Part shown: positions 17,355-25,316 of the stretch, piece by piece
Numbering within the stretch: position 1 is the first letter of the stretch
Layout: every line of letters begins with the position of its first letter
Source of the DNA: Candidatus Omnitrophota bacterium
GTDB taxonomy: Bacteria; Omnitrophota; Gorgyraeia; Zapsychrales; Zapsychraceae
Direction: 5' to 3'
Assembly: GCA_035292445.1 (NCBI GenBank)
Contig: DATDQB010000002.1
Span: 14,714-78,713 of the forward strand
Length of the DNA: 64,000 bases
Translations under genes and position numbers: made by a program
Notes under the pieces: model-generated
The model's database searches: none
What the model saw: only the letters and a program-made list of their open reading frames with translations
What the model was told of the DNA's origin: nothing

Positions 17355-19064
17355 ATGGCCAGCACGCTCAAAGATAAAATCTTAAAGACATTGATCGAGA
17401 CCCAAGGGCTCAAAAAGCACGATATTGATGCGGCCATTGATCTGCAAAAAAGAAAAGGCATCAGCCTCGATAAGGCGCTCATGGAAAAGGGCCTTATCAA
17501 GGAAAAAGATTATTTGATCCTTCTGGTCCGCGAGCTTAATATCCCGTTTATTAATTTAAGCAAGTACAATATTGACCCCGCCCTGAAAGAAATCTTCCCG
17601 GAAAGAATCGCGCGCCAGTACAAAGTCATTCCCCTTTCGGCGTTGACCGACACTTTGACGGTCGCCATGAGCGACCCGTTGAACATTTTTATCATTGATG
17701 ACTTGAAGAGTATCACGGGCAAACAGATCGATGTGGTCATCAGCACCAATTCGGAAGTCGAGAAGGCGCTGGATAATTATTACGGTAAGGAATCGACGGA
17801 GTCGGTAACGGATATCAGCAAAGATATCCATGTGGAAGATTTTGAGATCGTGACGGAAGAGGTGGCCCGGCAGGATGTCGATACGGTGGTGGATGAAAGC
17901 GAAAAGGCGCCGATCATCCGGATGGTGAATTTGATCATTCAGGATGCGCTGCGCAAAAAAGCCTCCGACATCCATATGGAGCCGATGGAAGACGGGGTGC
18001 GGGTGCGTTTTCGTATCGACGGGATTTTGAGGGATGTTTTAACGGTTCCTAAGGCTAACCAGAATGCGGTGACTGTCCGCATCAAGATCATGTCGCGTTT
18101 GGACATCACCGTCAACCAGGTGCCGCAGGATGGGCGTTTTAAGTTGAAGTTGGGAAATAAAGAAGTCGATTTTCGTGTCTCCATCCTGCCGACCAGCCAT
18201 GGGCAGAAAATCGTCATGCGGGTTTTGGACAAGGTCAATTTGACCGTCGGCCTTGACGGGCTGGGCTTCAATCCCAAGGCGCTTGAGATCATGAAAGAAG
18301 GCATCAAAAAGCCGTTCGGCATGATCATTGTCACAGGCCCGACAGGAAGCGGGAAATCAACGACCCTTTATTCCATCGTCAATGCTTTGAATTCGGTCGA
18401 TAAGAATATCATCACTATAGAGGATCCGGTTGAATATCTGATCGAAGGGTTGACGCAGATCCAGGCCCGCCCGGAGATCGGCCTTACTTTTGCCGAGGGG
18501 CTAAGGGCCGTTTTGCGCCAAAGCCCCGACATCGTGATGGTCGGCGAGATCCGCGATAACGAAACCGCCGATATCGCCATTAAAGCGTCGTTAACGGGGC
18601 AGCTGGTTTTATCGACGCTTCACACCAACGATGCCTCCGGCGCTCTGACCAGGTTGGTTGATATGGACGTAGAGCCGTTTTTGGTGGCCTCCAGCATTGT
18701 CTTGGTGACCGCCCAACGGCTTTGCCGAAAGATTTGTCCGAGATGTAAAAAGGAAGAAGATGTCCCCAAGAAGGTTCTGGACCAGATGGAGTACAAATTG
18801 AAAGCGGGGACGAAATTTTATCACGGTAAAGGTTGCCCCGTGTGCAATGATACTGGATACCAAGGCCGCATTGCCGTTACCGAAATACTCGAAATCAACG
18901 ATACGGTGCGGGAAATGCTTTTGGGAGGGAAAACATCCGATGATATTAAGGAATACGCCCGTAAGGAACTCCAAATGGCAACGCTTTGGGAAGACGCGAT
19001 GAATAAATGCCTTAACGGTATCACCAGTTTGGAAGAGGTTTTACGCGTTACCAGTGAAGATTAA
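17355..19064 (+). CDS. type IV pilus/T2SS assembly ATPase, PilB/GspE/MshE family (paralog 2)
   Basis: 569 aa; N-terminal T2SSE_N; Walker A GPTGSGKSTT; tetracysteine CPRC...CPVC; too long and N-domain-bearing to be PilT. Confidence 0.85.
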   Translation: MASTLKDKILKTLIETQGLKKHDIDAAIDLQKRKGISLDKALMEKGLIKEKDYLILLVRELNIPFINLSKYNIDPALKEIFPERIARQYKVIPLSALTDTLTVAMSDPLNIFIIDDLKSITGKQIDVVISTNSEVEKALDNYYGKESTESVTDISKDIHVEDFEIVTEEVARQDVDTVVDESEKAPIIRMVNLIIQDALRKKASDIHMEPMEDGVRVRFRIDGILRDVLTVPKANQNAVTVRIKIMSRLDITVNQVPQDGRFKLKLGNKEVDFRVSILPTSHGQKIVMRVLDKVNLTVGLDGLGFNPKALEIMKEGIKKPFGMIIVTGPTGSGKSTTLYSIVNALNSVDKNIITIEDPVEYLIEGLTQIQARPEIGLTFAEGLRAVLRQSPDIVMVGEIRDNETADIAIKASLTGQLVLSTLHTNDASGALTRLVDMDVEPFLVASSIVLVTAQRLCRKICPRCKKEEDVPKKVLDQMEYKLKAGTKFYHGKGCPVCNDTGYQGRIAVTEILEINDTVREMLLGGKTSDDIKEYARKELQMATLWEDAMNKCLNGITSLEEVLRVTSED

Positions 19065-19142
19065 ATGGTTTTTGTATTTTCAATTATTGTTTTAATGGTA
19101 AAATGATTGTAAACTTTAACTGGAAAGGTTTTTAAAAATACG

Positions 19143-19598
19143 TTGATGATTCAAATAGAGGGCCAAGCGCCGCAGCGACATCTTTTGGGGGAGATATTGA
19201 TTCAACGCCGGCTCATCACCCCGGGGCAATTGCAAAGGGCGCTGGAGGTTCAGAAGAACGAGAAACGGTATTTGGGCGAAATCCTGATCGATCTGGGGAT
19301 CGTGGAGGAGCGGGATATTCTGGTCGCTTTAGTCGTCCAATGCAATCTTCCCTATATAGCAGTCCACAACTACTCCATTGATCAAAATGTCATCAGTCTT
19401 ATCCCGGTCGAGATGGCCAGGCGATATCATGTGATGCCCTTGGACCGCGTCGGTGACATCTTAAGCGTCGTTATGGCCGATCCATTGAATGAAGAAATCA
19501 AAACAGAGCTCATTAAAGCGACCCAGTGCCAGATCGCGCCTTTTATCGCGACCAAAGCAGAAATAGAAGAAGCCATCAGCCGATGGTATAAAAGCTAA
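19143..19598 (+). CDS. standalone MshEN (c-di-GMP-binding) + T2SSE_N domain protein, no ATPase domain
   Basis: 151 aa; near-canonical tandem MshEN motifs LLGEILIQRRLITPGQLQRALEVQ and YLGEILIDLGIVEERDILVALVVQ; then T2SSE_N-like ...DILSVVMADPLNEE. Confidence 0.7.
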   Translation: MMIQIEGQAPQRHLLGEILIQRRLITPGQLQRALEVQKNEKRYLGEILIDLGIVEERDILVALVVQCNLPYIAVHNYSIDQNVISLIPVEMARRYHVMPLDRVGDILSVVMADPLNEEIKTELIKATQCQIAPFIATKAEIEEAISRWYKS

Positions 19599-19604
19599 AC
19601 AACC

Positions 19605-20810
19605 ATGCCAACATTTAAATATACAGCCAAAAATAAAGACTCCCGCACCGTCGCCGGAAAGATTGTCGCCGAAAACCAGCAGGCGGTTATCGAAGAACTG
19701 CGAAAGCGCAATTTAGTCATTCTCAATCTTAATGAAACCAAAGAAGTCACGGCCAAGAAAACCGCTTTCCAGAGCAAAAAAGTCAAAGGGGAAGAGATTG
19801 TCATCTTTTCCCGCCAATTGGCCACGATGGTCGAAGCCGGCATCCCTATCCTGCAAGGGGTTAACGCGTTGAAAGACCAGGTCAATCATCCTGCCTTCAA
19901 GAAAGTTCTGGGGCAGGTGGAAAGCGATATTCAGCACGGCAGCAGCCTTTCAGTCGCGTTTTCCAAACACCCCCAGGTTTTTAGCACGTTGTTTGTCAAT
20001 ATGGTCAAAGTCGGGGAAACCGGAGGCGTTTTGTCCCAAATCTTGGACCGGATCGCCACGTATTTGGAGAAAACGCTTCGTTTGCAAAGAAAAGTCAAGG
20101 CGGCCCTTATTTATCCGGCGGTCGTTGTTTCCATGGCGATCATTATTACGGTTTTTCTTCTTGTTAAGGTTGTTCCGACCTTCTCCGGGATTTATGAATC
20201 GTTCAATGCGGATTTGCCGGCGATGACGGTAGTGCTGATTACCATAAGTAAAATTCTACGGCAGAATATTCTTTGGCTCGCGGGTGCGTTGATCATAGCG
20301 GGGTTTTTTTTAAGGCGGTGGTATAAAACAGATAAAGGAGCGCTTGTCATTGACCGAATTTTTTTAAGGTTGCCTATTTTCGGGGAACTTTTAAGGAAAG
20401 TCGCCATCAGCCGGTTCAGCCGCACGCTGGCCACGCTGGTGCAAAGCGGCGTTCCCATTCTTGAATCGTTGGATATTGTCGAGAAAACCATTGGCAACAA
20501 AGTCCTTGAACTTGTTGTCCGGGATGTCAAGAGCACGGTCCGGGAAGGAGAAAGCATCGCCACTCCTTTGGAGAAAAGCAACGTTTTCCCGCCCATGGTC
20601 ACGCGCATGATCGCGGTGGGTGAGAAAACCGGCCAAATGGAGAAAATGCTTTTAAAAATCTCCGAATTTTATGATGACCAAGTGGATGCGGCCGTTGAGG
20701 GTTTGACCAGTGTTATCGAGCCTTTGATCATCGGGTTCTTAGGGATTGTCATCGGATTCATCGTGGTTGCGTTATTCTTGCCTATCATCAATATCACGCG
20801 TTTAATATAA
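19605..20810 (+). CDS. pilC: type IV pilus platform protein PilC/GspF family
   Basis: 401 aa; two repeated GspF domains each followed by TM segments; begins MPTFKYTAKN... typical of PilC. Confidence 0.85.
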   Translation: MPTFKYTAKNKDSRTVAGKIVAENQQAVIEELRKRNLVILNLNETKEVTAKKTAFQSKKVKGEEIVIFSRQLATMVEAGIPILQGVNALKDQVNHPAFKKVLGQVESDIQHGSSLSVAFSKHPQVFSTLFVNMVKVGETGGVLSQILDRIATYLEKTLRLQRKVKAALIYPAVVVSMAIIITVFLLVKVVPTFSGIYESFNADLPAMTVVLITISKILRQNILWLAGALIIAGFFLRRWYKTDKGALVIDRIFLRLPIFGELLRKVAISRFSRTLATLVQSGVPILESLDIVEKTIGNKVLELVVRDVKSTVREGESIATPLEKSNVFPPMVTRMIAVGEKTGQMEKMLLKISEFYDDQVDAAVEGLTSVIEPLIIGFLGIVIGFIVVALFLPIINITRLI

Positions 20811-20819
20811 TTTTCGTTT

Positions 20820-21818
20820 ATGAGCAAATCTCTTCATAATACGTTTTGGTTGAAAGGATGCGTCCTTCTTTGTTTTATGCTTTGTCCTGCCTTAAAGGTC
20901 GAAGCGCAAGTGCACAGCCGAAACTCACCCGTTCTATCCTTGGAATACAGCTTAAAGAGTCTATACGACAGCGCCAATGAAGTGGCGAAGAAAAACGAAT
21001 GGCTTCGCCAGGAAATCGACCGGATGAGCCAGGAAGTTACGTTTATAACGGAAGAAATGCGCTCTTTGGAAACCAACCAAACCAAGGGTATGGTTGGCCA
21101 AGCGCTGGGGGATGAGGGTTTGATGAAAGATATTCCCTGGGAAGAGAAACGCATCCAGATGATGTATGAGGATTTTATTGAATTGGATGAGGAGGAAAAG
21201 TATTTAAAGGATCGTTTTGAAGGGAAAAAAAATGACCAACAAGAGATCGAAGAGGCTGTTTATAAGCTGGAAAAAGAAGTTGCCCAGCTGGCCAATCAAA
21301 GGTTACAGGCCGAAGAGGCGCTGGGCCGTCGGGGTGACGCTGGGGAATTTGACCGGTTAAAGGACGCTTATGCCCGAGCGGCCAGGCATCTTAAGATCAC
21401 GAGAGATAAATATCAACGGTTAGAAAATCAGCACGGCCAGCCGCTGAAGGTTTTTAGCAAGATAAAGGACAGGAATATTGAGCTTAAGGGGCGGCAGGCT
21501 TTTTTGAGCAAGCAGATCCATTTGATTAACGAGCGGCAAATAAGCTTGGGGGAGGAAATCGACAACATCAAAGCAACAGATAAGGAGAGATTAAGCCTCC
21601 TTCAAAAGGACGTTGGGGATTTATCCAGGCAAAGAGAAGATTTATTAAGGGTCTTAAAACGGGCGAATGTCAAATTGGGCAAAGATTTCAGCATACCGGA
21701 TTATGATGCCCAGATCGGCCAGGTTAAGGGAAATATTGAAACGATCAAAGAGGAAAACCGCCTCCTTAAAGAAGAGCTGATTTCTTTGGAAAGCAAGATG
21801 TTGGAAGCCCCCCAGTAG
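20820..21818 (+). CDS. hypothetical secreted coiled-coil protein embedded in pilus locus
   Basis: 332 aa; N-terminal signal peptide (CVLLCFMLCPALKVEA|Q); remainder E/K/L/Q-rich predicted coiled coil. Confidence 0.5.
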   Translation: MSKSLHNTFWLKGCVLLCFMLCPALKVEAQVHSRNSPVLSLEYSLKSLYDSANEVAKKNEWLRQEIDRMSQEVTFITEEMRSLETNQTKGMVGQALGDEGLMKDIPWEEKRIQMMYEDFIELDEEEKYLKDRFEGKKNDQQEIEEAVYKLEKEVAQLANQRLQAEEALGRRGDAGEFDRLKDAYARAARHLKITRDKYQRLENQHGQPLKVFSKIKDRNIELKGRQAFLSKQIHLINERQISLGEEIDNIKATDKERLSLLQKDVGDLSRQREDLLRVLKRANVKLGKDFSIPDYDAQIGQVKGNIETIKEENRLLKEELISLESKMLEAPQ

Positions 21819-21849
21819 CTTTTTTGGCCCCTGGCCGCTTGGGGCCGGG

Positions 21850-21879
21850 TTGACAAGGGGCAGGGGGCCGTGGTATACT
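21850..21879 (+). promoter_or_regulatory. sigma70-like promoter TTGACA-N18-TATACT driving the riboswitch RNA
   Basis: TTGACA at 21850-21855, TATACT at 21874-21879; the -35 box sits in a partial copy of the intergenic repeat. Confidence 0.5.
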
Positions 21880-21904
21880 TAGGTTGAAACTTTGACAAGA
21901 AGGA

Positions 21905-22012
21905 TTTATCTGTGAAACAGGGTAAACCATTCGTAAGGATGGGGCACAAAGCTATCCCGACGTCCCCTAAAAGTAGTTTAAGGAAGTCGGGACCCCGACC
22001 GAGTGAAACGAG
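21905..22012 (+). ncRNA. candidate c-di-GMP-I (GEMM) riboswitch aptamer
   Basis: ACAGGGUAAACC-AUUCGUAAGGAUGG-GGCACAAAGC closely parallels V. cholerae Vc2 ACAGGGCAAACC-AUUCGAAAGAGUGG-GACGCAAAGCC; GNRA-capped hairpin CCAUUC-GUAA-GGAUGG; second helix UCCCGAC/GUCGGGA; no credible ORF; lies upstream of a type IV pilin, a known GEMM context. Confidence 0.6.
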
Positions 22013-22068
22013 CGTCGGGGGAGGGCCCAAGCGGGTTAGGCCGCGGGTAGCCAGTTGCCACATAAGGT

Positions 22069-22089
22069 TAAGCTTAAAAAGCTTTTTTT
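22069..22089 (+). terminator. short intrinsic terminator (AAGCTT palindrome hairpin + T7), candidate expression platform of the riboswitch
   Basis: AAGCTT aaa AAGCTT followed by TTTTTTT. Confidence 0.45.
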
Positions 22090-22124
22090 AACCTATTCCT
22101 TACATTCGGAATAGGTTTTTTTGT
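22090..22124 (+). terminator. strong intrinsic terminator
   Basis: AACCTATTCC ttacattc GGAATAGGTT 10-bp stem followed by TTTTTTTGTTTT. Confidence 0.7.
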
Positions 22125-22176
22125 TTTGGAAGATCTTTGAAATTGCAGGCCTCTTTGAAGAAATCTTGAATCGAAA

Positions 22177-22206
22177 TTGACAAGATTAGGAGGTGAATGG
22201 TAGAGT
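22177..22206 (+). promoter_or_regulatory. candidate sigma70 promoter for the pilin gene (TTGACA-N18-TAGAGT)
   Basis: perfect -35, acceptable -10; about 148 nt 5' UTR to ATG 22354. Confidence 0.4.
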
Positions 22207-22353
22207 AAAATCACTTTAATTGTGCACGGGTCAATAGGTTATCATCGTTCGGCGGGATTAAGAATAACACGTTATTATTCATTCTTTACATACTCCTTGC
22301 TGGATGAAAGAAAGCCTGGCGGCCCAAAACCAGTAACAGTAAGGAGAAATAAG

Positions 22354-22749
22354 ATGAAAAGGCTAAAAAATCAAGGTTTTACGCTCGTTGAAATCATGAT
22401 CGTTGTCGCGATCATCGCTCTGTTGGCGGCTATTGCCATCCCCAACTTGTTAAGAGCGAAAATCTCCGCTAACGACGCGTTAGCGCAGAGCACGCTACGT
22501 ACCCTTTCTACGGCATCTGAGACGTTTGCTACCTCAAACAACGGTACGTATCCGGGTGACATCACATCGTTGACAGGCGCCACACCACCGTATATAAATG
22601 AACCATTTTGTACTCAAACTATTTCCGGGTTCGTATATGGTTGTACGATGGCTGCGGGTAGTTATTCGTTTGCCGCTGTCCCCGTTAACGTGGGTGTATC
22701 TGGTACGACAACGTTTACCATGACAACCGGCGGTATTTTAACTCCGTAA
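22354..22749 (+). CDS. pilA: type IVa major pilin (prepilin with N-terminal methylation motif)
   Basis: 131 aa from ATG 22354 with AAGGAG RBS; leader MKRLKNQG|FTLVEIMIVVAIIALLAAIAIP with G-1, F+1, E+5; C-terminal Cys pair; followed by strong terminator. Confidence 0.9.
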   Translation: MKRLKNQGFTLVEIMIVVAIIALLAAIAIPNLLRAKISANDALAQSTLRTLSTASETFATSNNGTYPGDITSLTGATPPYINEPFCTQTISGFVYGCTMAAGSYSFAAVPVNVGVSGTTTFTMTTGGILTP

Positions 22750-22776
22750 ATGTCATTGAGTTGAGCATCATCAGGA

Positions 22777-22803
22777 GGGGGGCTTATAAAGCCCCCCTTT
22801 TTT
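22777..22803 (+). terminator. intrinsic terminator after pilin
   Basis: GGGGGGCTT-ata-AAGCCCCCC followed by TTTTTT. Confidence 0.75.
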
Positions 22804-23063
22804 ATTGATAAAAAGAACTGTTTAAATGTTTCACGGCCAGCTTCGTTGCTTACGAAAGGGTCCCTATGAGAGAACGGTTATTCTTTATATTCATAAAAGT
22901 TTCTTCAGAGGGCTCCTCTTTACTCCTCCTGCCGCAACCGCACTGTTTTCGTTTCAAAGATGGAACAAATGGCCATTTCTATTTTTTTATGAAATACTGC
23001 TTGATGAGAAGGGCATCCTCCAATACTATATATAGAAAGAATAAATATATTTATATTACTTAT

Positions 23064-24119
23064 ATGAAAAGACTTCTCGAACGTTATTTCAATTTTATCA
23101 AAGGTTTTATCCCTTCCGAGCCACAGACCACTTCTATAGGATTAGAGATAACCCAAAATGAGTGTAAGATGGTGGAGGTCAAGAAAAGCAGCAACGGCTT
23201 TCAAGTTGTTCGTTGGGCCATTGAATCGCTTGATGAAAACAAGCCCGTCAATACGATTAAAGCCATTCTCCCATCAGATTTAACACAAGCTTCGGTGCAT
23301 ACAGCCGTTAACGGCAAGGGGACGCTCATTCGTTATATTGAAATGCCCCGGATGACCGTTGATGAATTAAGGAATTCTTTTGCGCTGGAATCCGATAAAT
23401 ATTTCCCTTTTGCCCAGGATCAAATTTATACCGATTGCTATATTTTGGACCCTACGGGCAAAACAAAACAAATGGATGTCATGGCCGCGGCCTCGACCAA
23501 AGACCTTATTGATAATCGTTTAAAATTGATGAATGAAGCCGGGGTCCAGACCGATTTTATCGGCATTAATTCGGTGGCGTTGGCGAATGTGATCAACGCA
23601 TTGGGATATGAACTGCAGGATGCCAAGCCCGAGATGACCTATGTCCTTGTCGATATCGGCGAGTCTGTAAGCAACGTGACGATTATGATTAACAAGTTTC
23701 CACGGTTTTCCCGGGATATTTTTATCGGCGGCAGGGATTTTATCAAACGAATTTCCAATGCGTTCGGCAAAAGCAGTAAAGAGGCGCGGGCTTTGTGCGC
23801 AGAGCCTTCGGAAAAAGCGAAGGAGATTATCAGCGCGTGCGAGTCGATTTTTTTGAATATGACTCAGGAATTAAGGCTCTCCTTCGATTATTTTTCTACG
23901 GAAAGAAATAAAGAAGTGGATAAAATCTATTTAACCGGCGATTATGCGCTGCTGCCGGGCATTAAACAGGCCTTAGAGGAGCATCTTGAGCTTAAAGTCG
24001 AATTATGGAACCCGTTTAACCAGTTAACATATGTGCCAGATATATCCAAGGAAGATATTCAGAAAAACGCCCACAGGCTGACGGTCGCCTTGGGATTATC
24101 TTTGTATAATTATGATTGA
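23064..24119 (+). CDS. pilM: type IV pilus assembly protein PilM (actin-like ATPase fold)
   Basis: 351 aa from ATG 23064 (ORF track extends upstream into an AT-rich region with no plausible coding signal); IGLEITQNECKMVEV N-terminus typical of PilM; followed by pilN. Confidence 0.8.
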   Translation: MKRLLERYFNFIKGFIPSEPQTTSIGLEITQNECKMVEVKKSSNGFQVVRWAIESLDENKPVNTIKAILPSDLTQASVHTAVNGKGTLIRYIEMPRMTVDELRNSFALESDKYFPFAQDQIYTDCYILDPTGKTKQMDVMAAASTKDLIDNRLKLMNEAGVQTDFIGINSVALANVINALGYELQDAKPEMTYVLVDIGESVSNVTIMINKFPRFSRDIFIGGRDFIKRISNAFGKSSKEARALCAEPSEKAKEIISACESIFLNMTQELRLSFDYFSTERNKEVDKIYLTGDYALLPGIKQALEEHLELKVELWNPFNQLTYVPDISKEDIQKNAHRLTVALGLSLYNYD

Positions 24120-24708
24120 AATTAATTTAGTTCCACAACATTTACGTAAGCGTAAACGGAAATTGTTAGGGCAACTGAAAATCCCTCTGGAGATCGTTAT
24201 CGGTTGCGCCGGGGGATTGGTCATGTTTTTGATTTTGGCTCACGTGGGGTTATTGATGGTGAATGTTTTTAGGCTTAATTATCATAAGGGTCTGAAAAAA
24301 CAATGGGACGTGATTTTGCCGGCCAAGGAGAATGTCGATAAGGTGCTTCAGGAAATGCGCGAGCTGCAGGCCAAGCATAAAGCTATCGAAAAGATCACCA
24401 CCGATGACCGGATCTCTTGGTCTCAAAAGATGAACATACTAAGTGACGGTATTGTCAGGGGCGTTTGGTTGACGCGGGTGCGCCTCAAAGAAGGGGTCTT
24501 TTTTATCGAAGGAAGCGCCATTTCAAAACAAAATGACGAGATGATCAATGTTCACAGCTTCACTTCGAATTTGAAGAACGAAAAGAGCTTCTTGGAAAAA
24601 TTCAGCGATTTGGAGCTGGGCTCTATTCAGCGGCGCAATATCGGTAAGACGGAGATAGCCGATTTTCTTATAACCGCTGAGCTAGTTAAGGAAACCGATG
24701 GCGAATAA
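24112..24708 (+). CDS. pilN: type IV pilus assembly protein PilN
   Basis: 198 aa; N-terminal IEINLVPQHLRKRK then a single TM, classic PilN start (INLLP-like). Confidence 0.8.
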   Translation: MIEINLVPQHLRKRKRKLLGQLKIPLEIVIGCAGGLVMFLILAHVGLLMVNVFRLNYHKGLKKQWDVILPAKENVDKVLQEMRELQAKHKAIEKITTDDRISWSQKMNILSDGIVRGVWLTRVRLKEGVFFIEGSAISKQNDEMINVHSFTSNLKNEKSFLEKFSDLELGSIQRRNIGKTEIADFLITAELVKETDGE

Positions 24709-25306
24709 ATATTCTGATCAATTGAATAAATATTTTGTTAAATTGCAAGACATGGACCAAAAGAATTGGTATTATATATTGGCTGGTCTTCTGGTTTTGG
24801 TCTTTGTGTTGGATTATTTTACTTTGATGAAACCGCAGCTGGGTGCTTTGTCTAAGATCAGTCCGGAAATTAAGATTTTGTCGGATAATTTAAAACGGAC
24901 AAAGACGGACATTGCGCGGATCACTGAGTATAAGGATCAGATTCAAAAGCTTAAAGAGGGCTTTGATGCCTTAAGGTTGCGGGTACGGACCAAACAGGAA
25001 GTTCCGCTTGTTTTAGAAAAGATTTCCCGTATCGCCAATAAGAATCGAGTGAAGATAGATCAAATTATGCCTAATCCTCTGCAGCAAAAAATCCTTTTAG
25101 AGGGCAATGACAAGACATATTTTGATCTACCTATTATCATAGAGGCCAGAAGCGGTTATCATGATTTTGGTCGGTTTATTAACGAATTGGAGAATGGCGA
25201 TATTTTTCTCAAGGTTGATGGGTTTACGATCGCTGCGATGCCAGGGTCCCAATTAAACGCCATACAGCTGACGCTAAAGACGATTGTTGTTGAAGAGAAC
25301 AAATAA
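24698..25306 (+). CDS. pilO: type IV pilus assembly protein PilO
   Basis: 202 aa; single N-terminal TM, coiled coil then periplasmic domain; position between pilN and pilP. Confidence 0.7.
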   Translation: MANKYSDQLNKYFVKLQDMDQKNWYYILAGLLVLVFVLDYFTLMKPQLGALSKISPEIKILSDNLKRTKTDIARITEYKDQIQKLKEGFDALRLRVRTKQEVPLVLEKISRIANKNRVKIDQIMPNPLQQKILLEGNDKTYFDLPIIIEARSGYHDFGRFINELENGDIFLKVDGFTIAAMPGSQLNAIQLTLKTIVVEENK

Positions 25307-25316
25307 AAGGTTTGGC

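Noticed and set aside
21836-21862. Hairpin GGCCCC-9 nt-GGGGCC after the coiled-coil gene as an intrinsic terminator
   Set aside because: The T-run lies 5' of the hairpin on the + strand and only an A-run follows on the minus strand, so it is not a functional intrinsic terminator in either orientation. It is better explained as a repeat fragment.
21701-22063. 120-aa minus-strand ORF spanning the pilC-pilin spacer
   Set aside because: It overlaps the promoter, riboswitch core and terminators on the opposite strand. It has no RBS, and its Pro/Gly/Arg-rich translation is typical of antisense GC-rich structured RNA.
21880-22125. RNase P RNA or 6S RNA identity for the structured non-coding segment
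   Set aside because: The segment is too short for bacterial RNase P RNA. The P4 (GGAAAGUCCGGGCUCC / ACAGAACCCGGCUUA) pairing partners are absent. The 5' and 3' ends cannot form the long closing stem of 6S RNA. The GEMM-I core matches far better.
22240-22353. Sigma54 (-24/-12) promoter upstream of the pilin
   Set aside because: No TGGCAC-N5-TTGCW match. CCTGGCGGCCCAAAACCAG lacks the -12 GC element at correct spacing.
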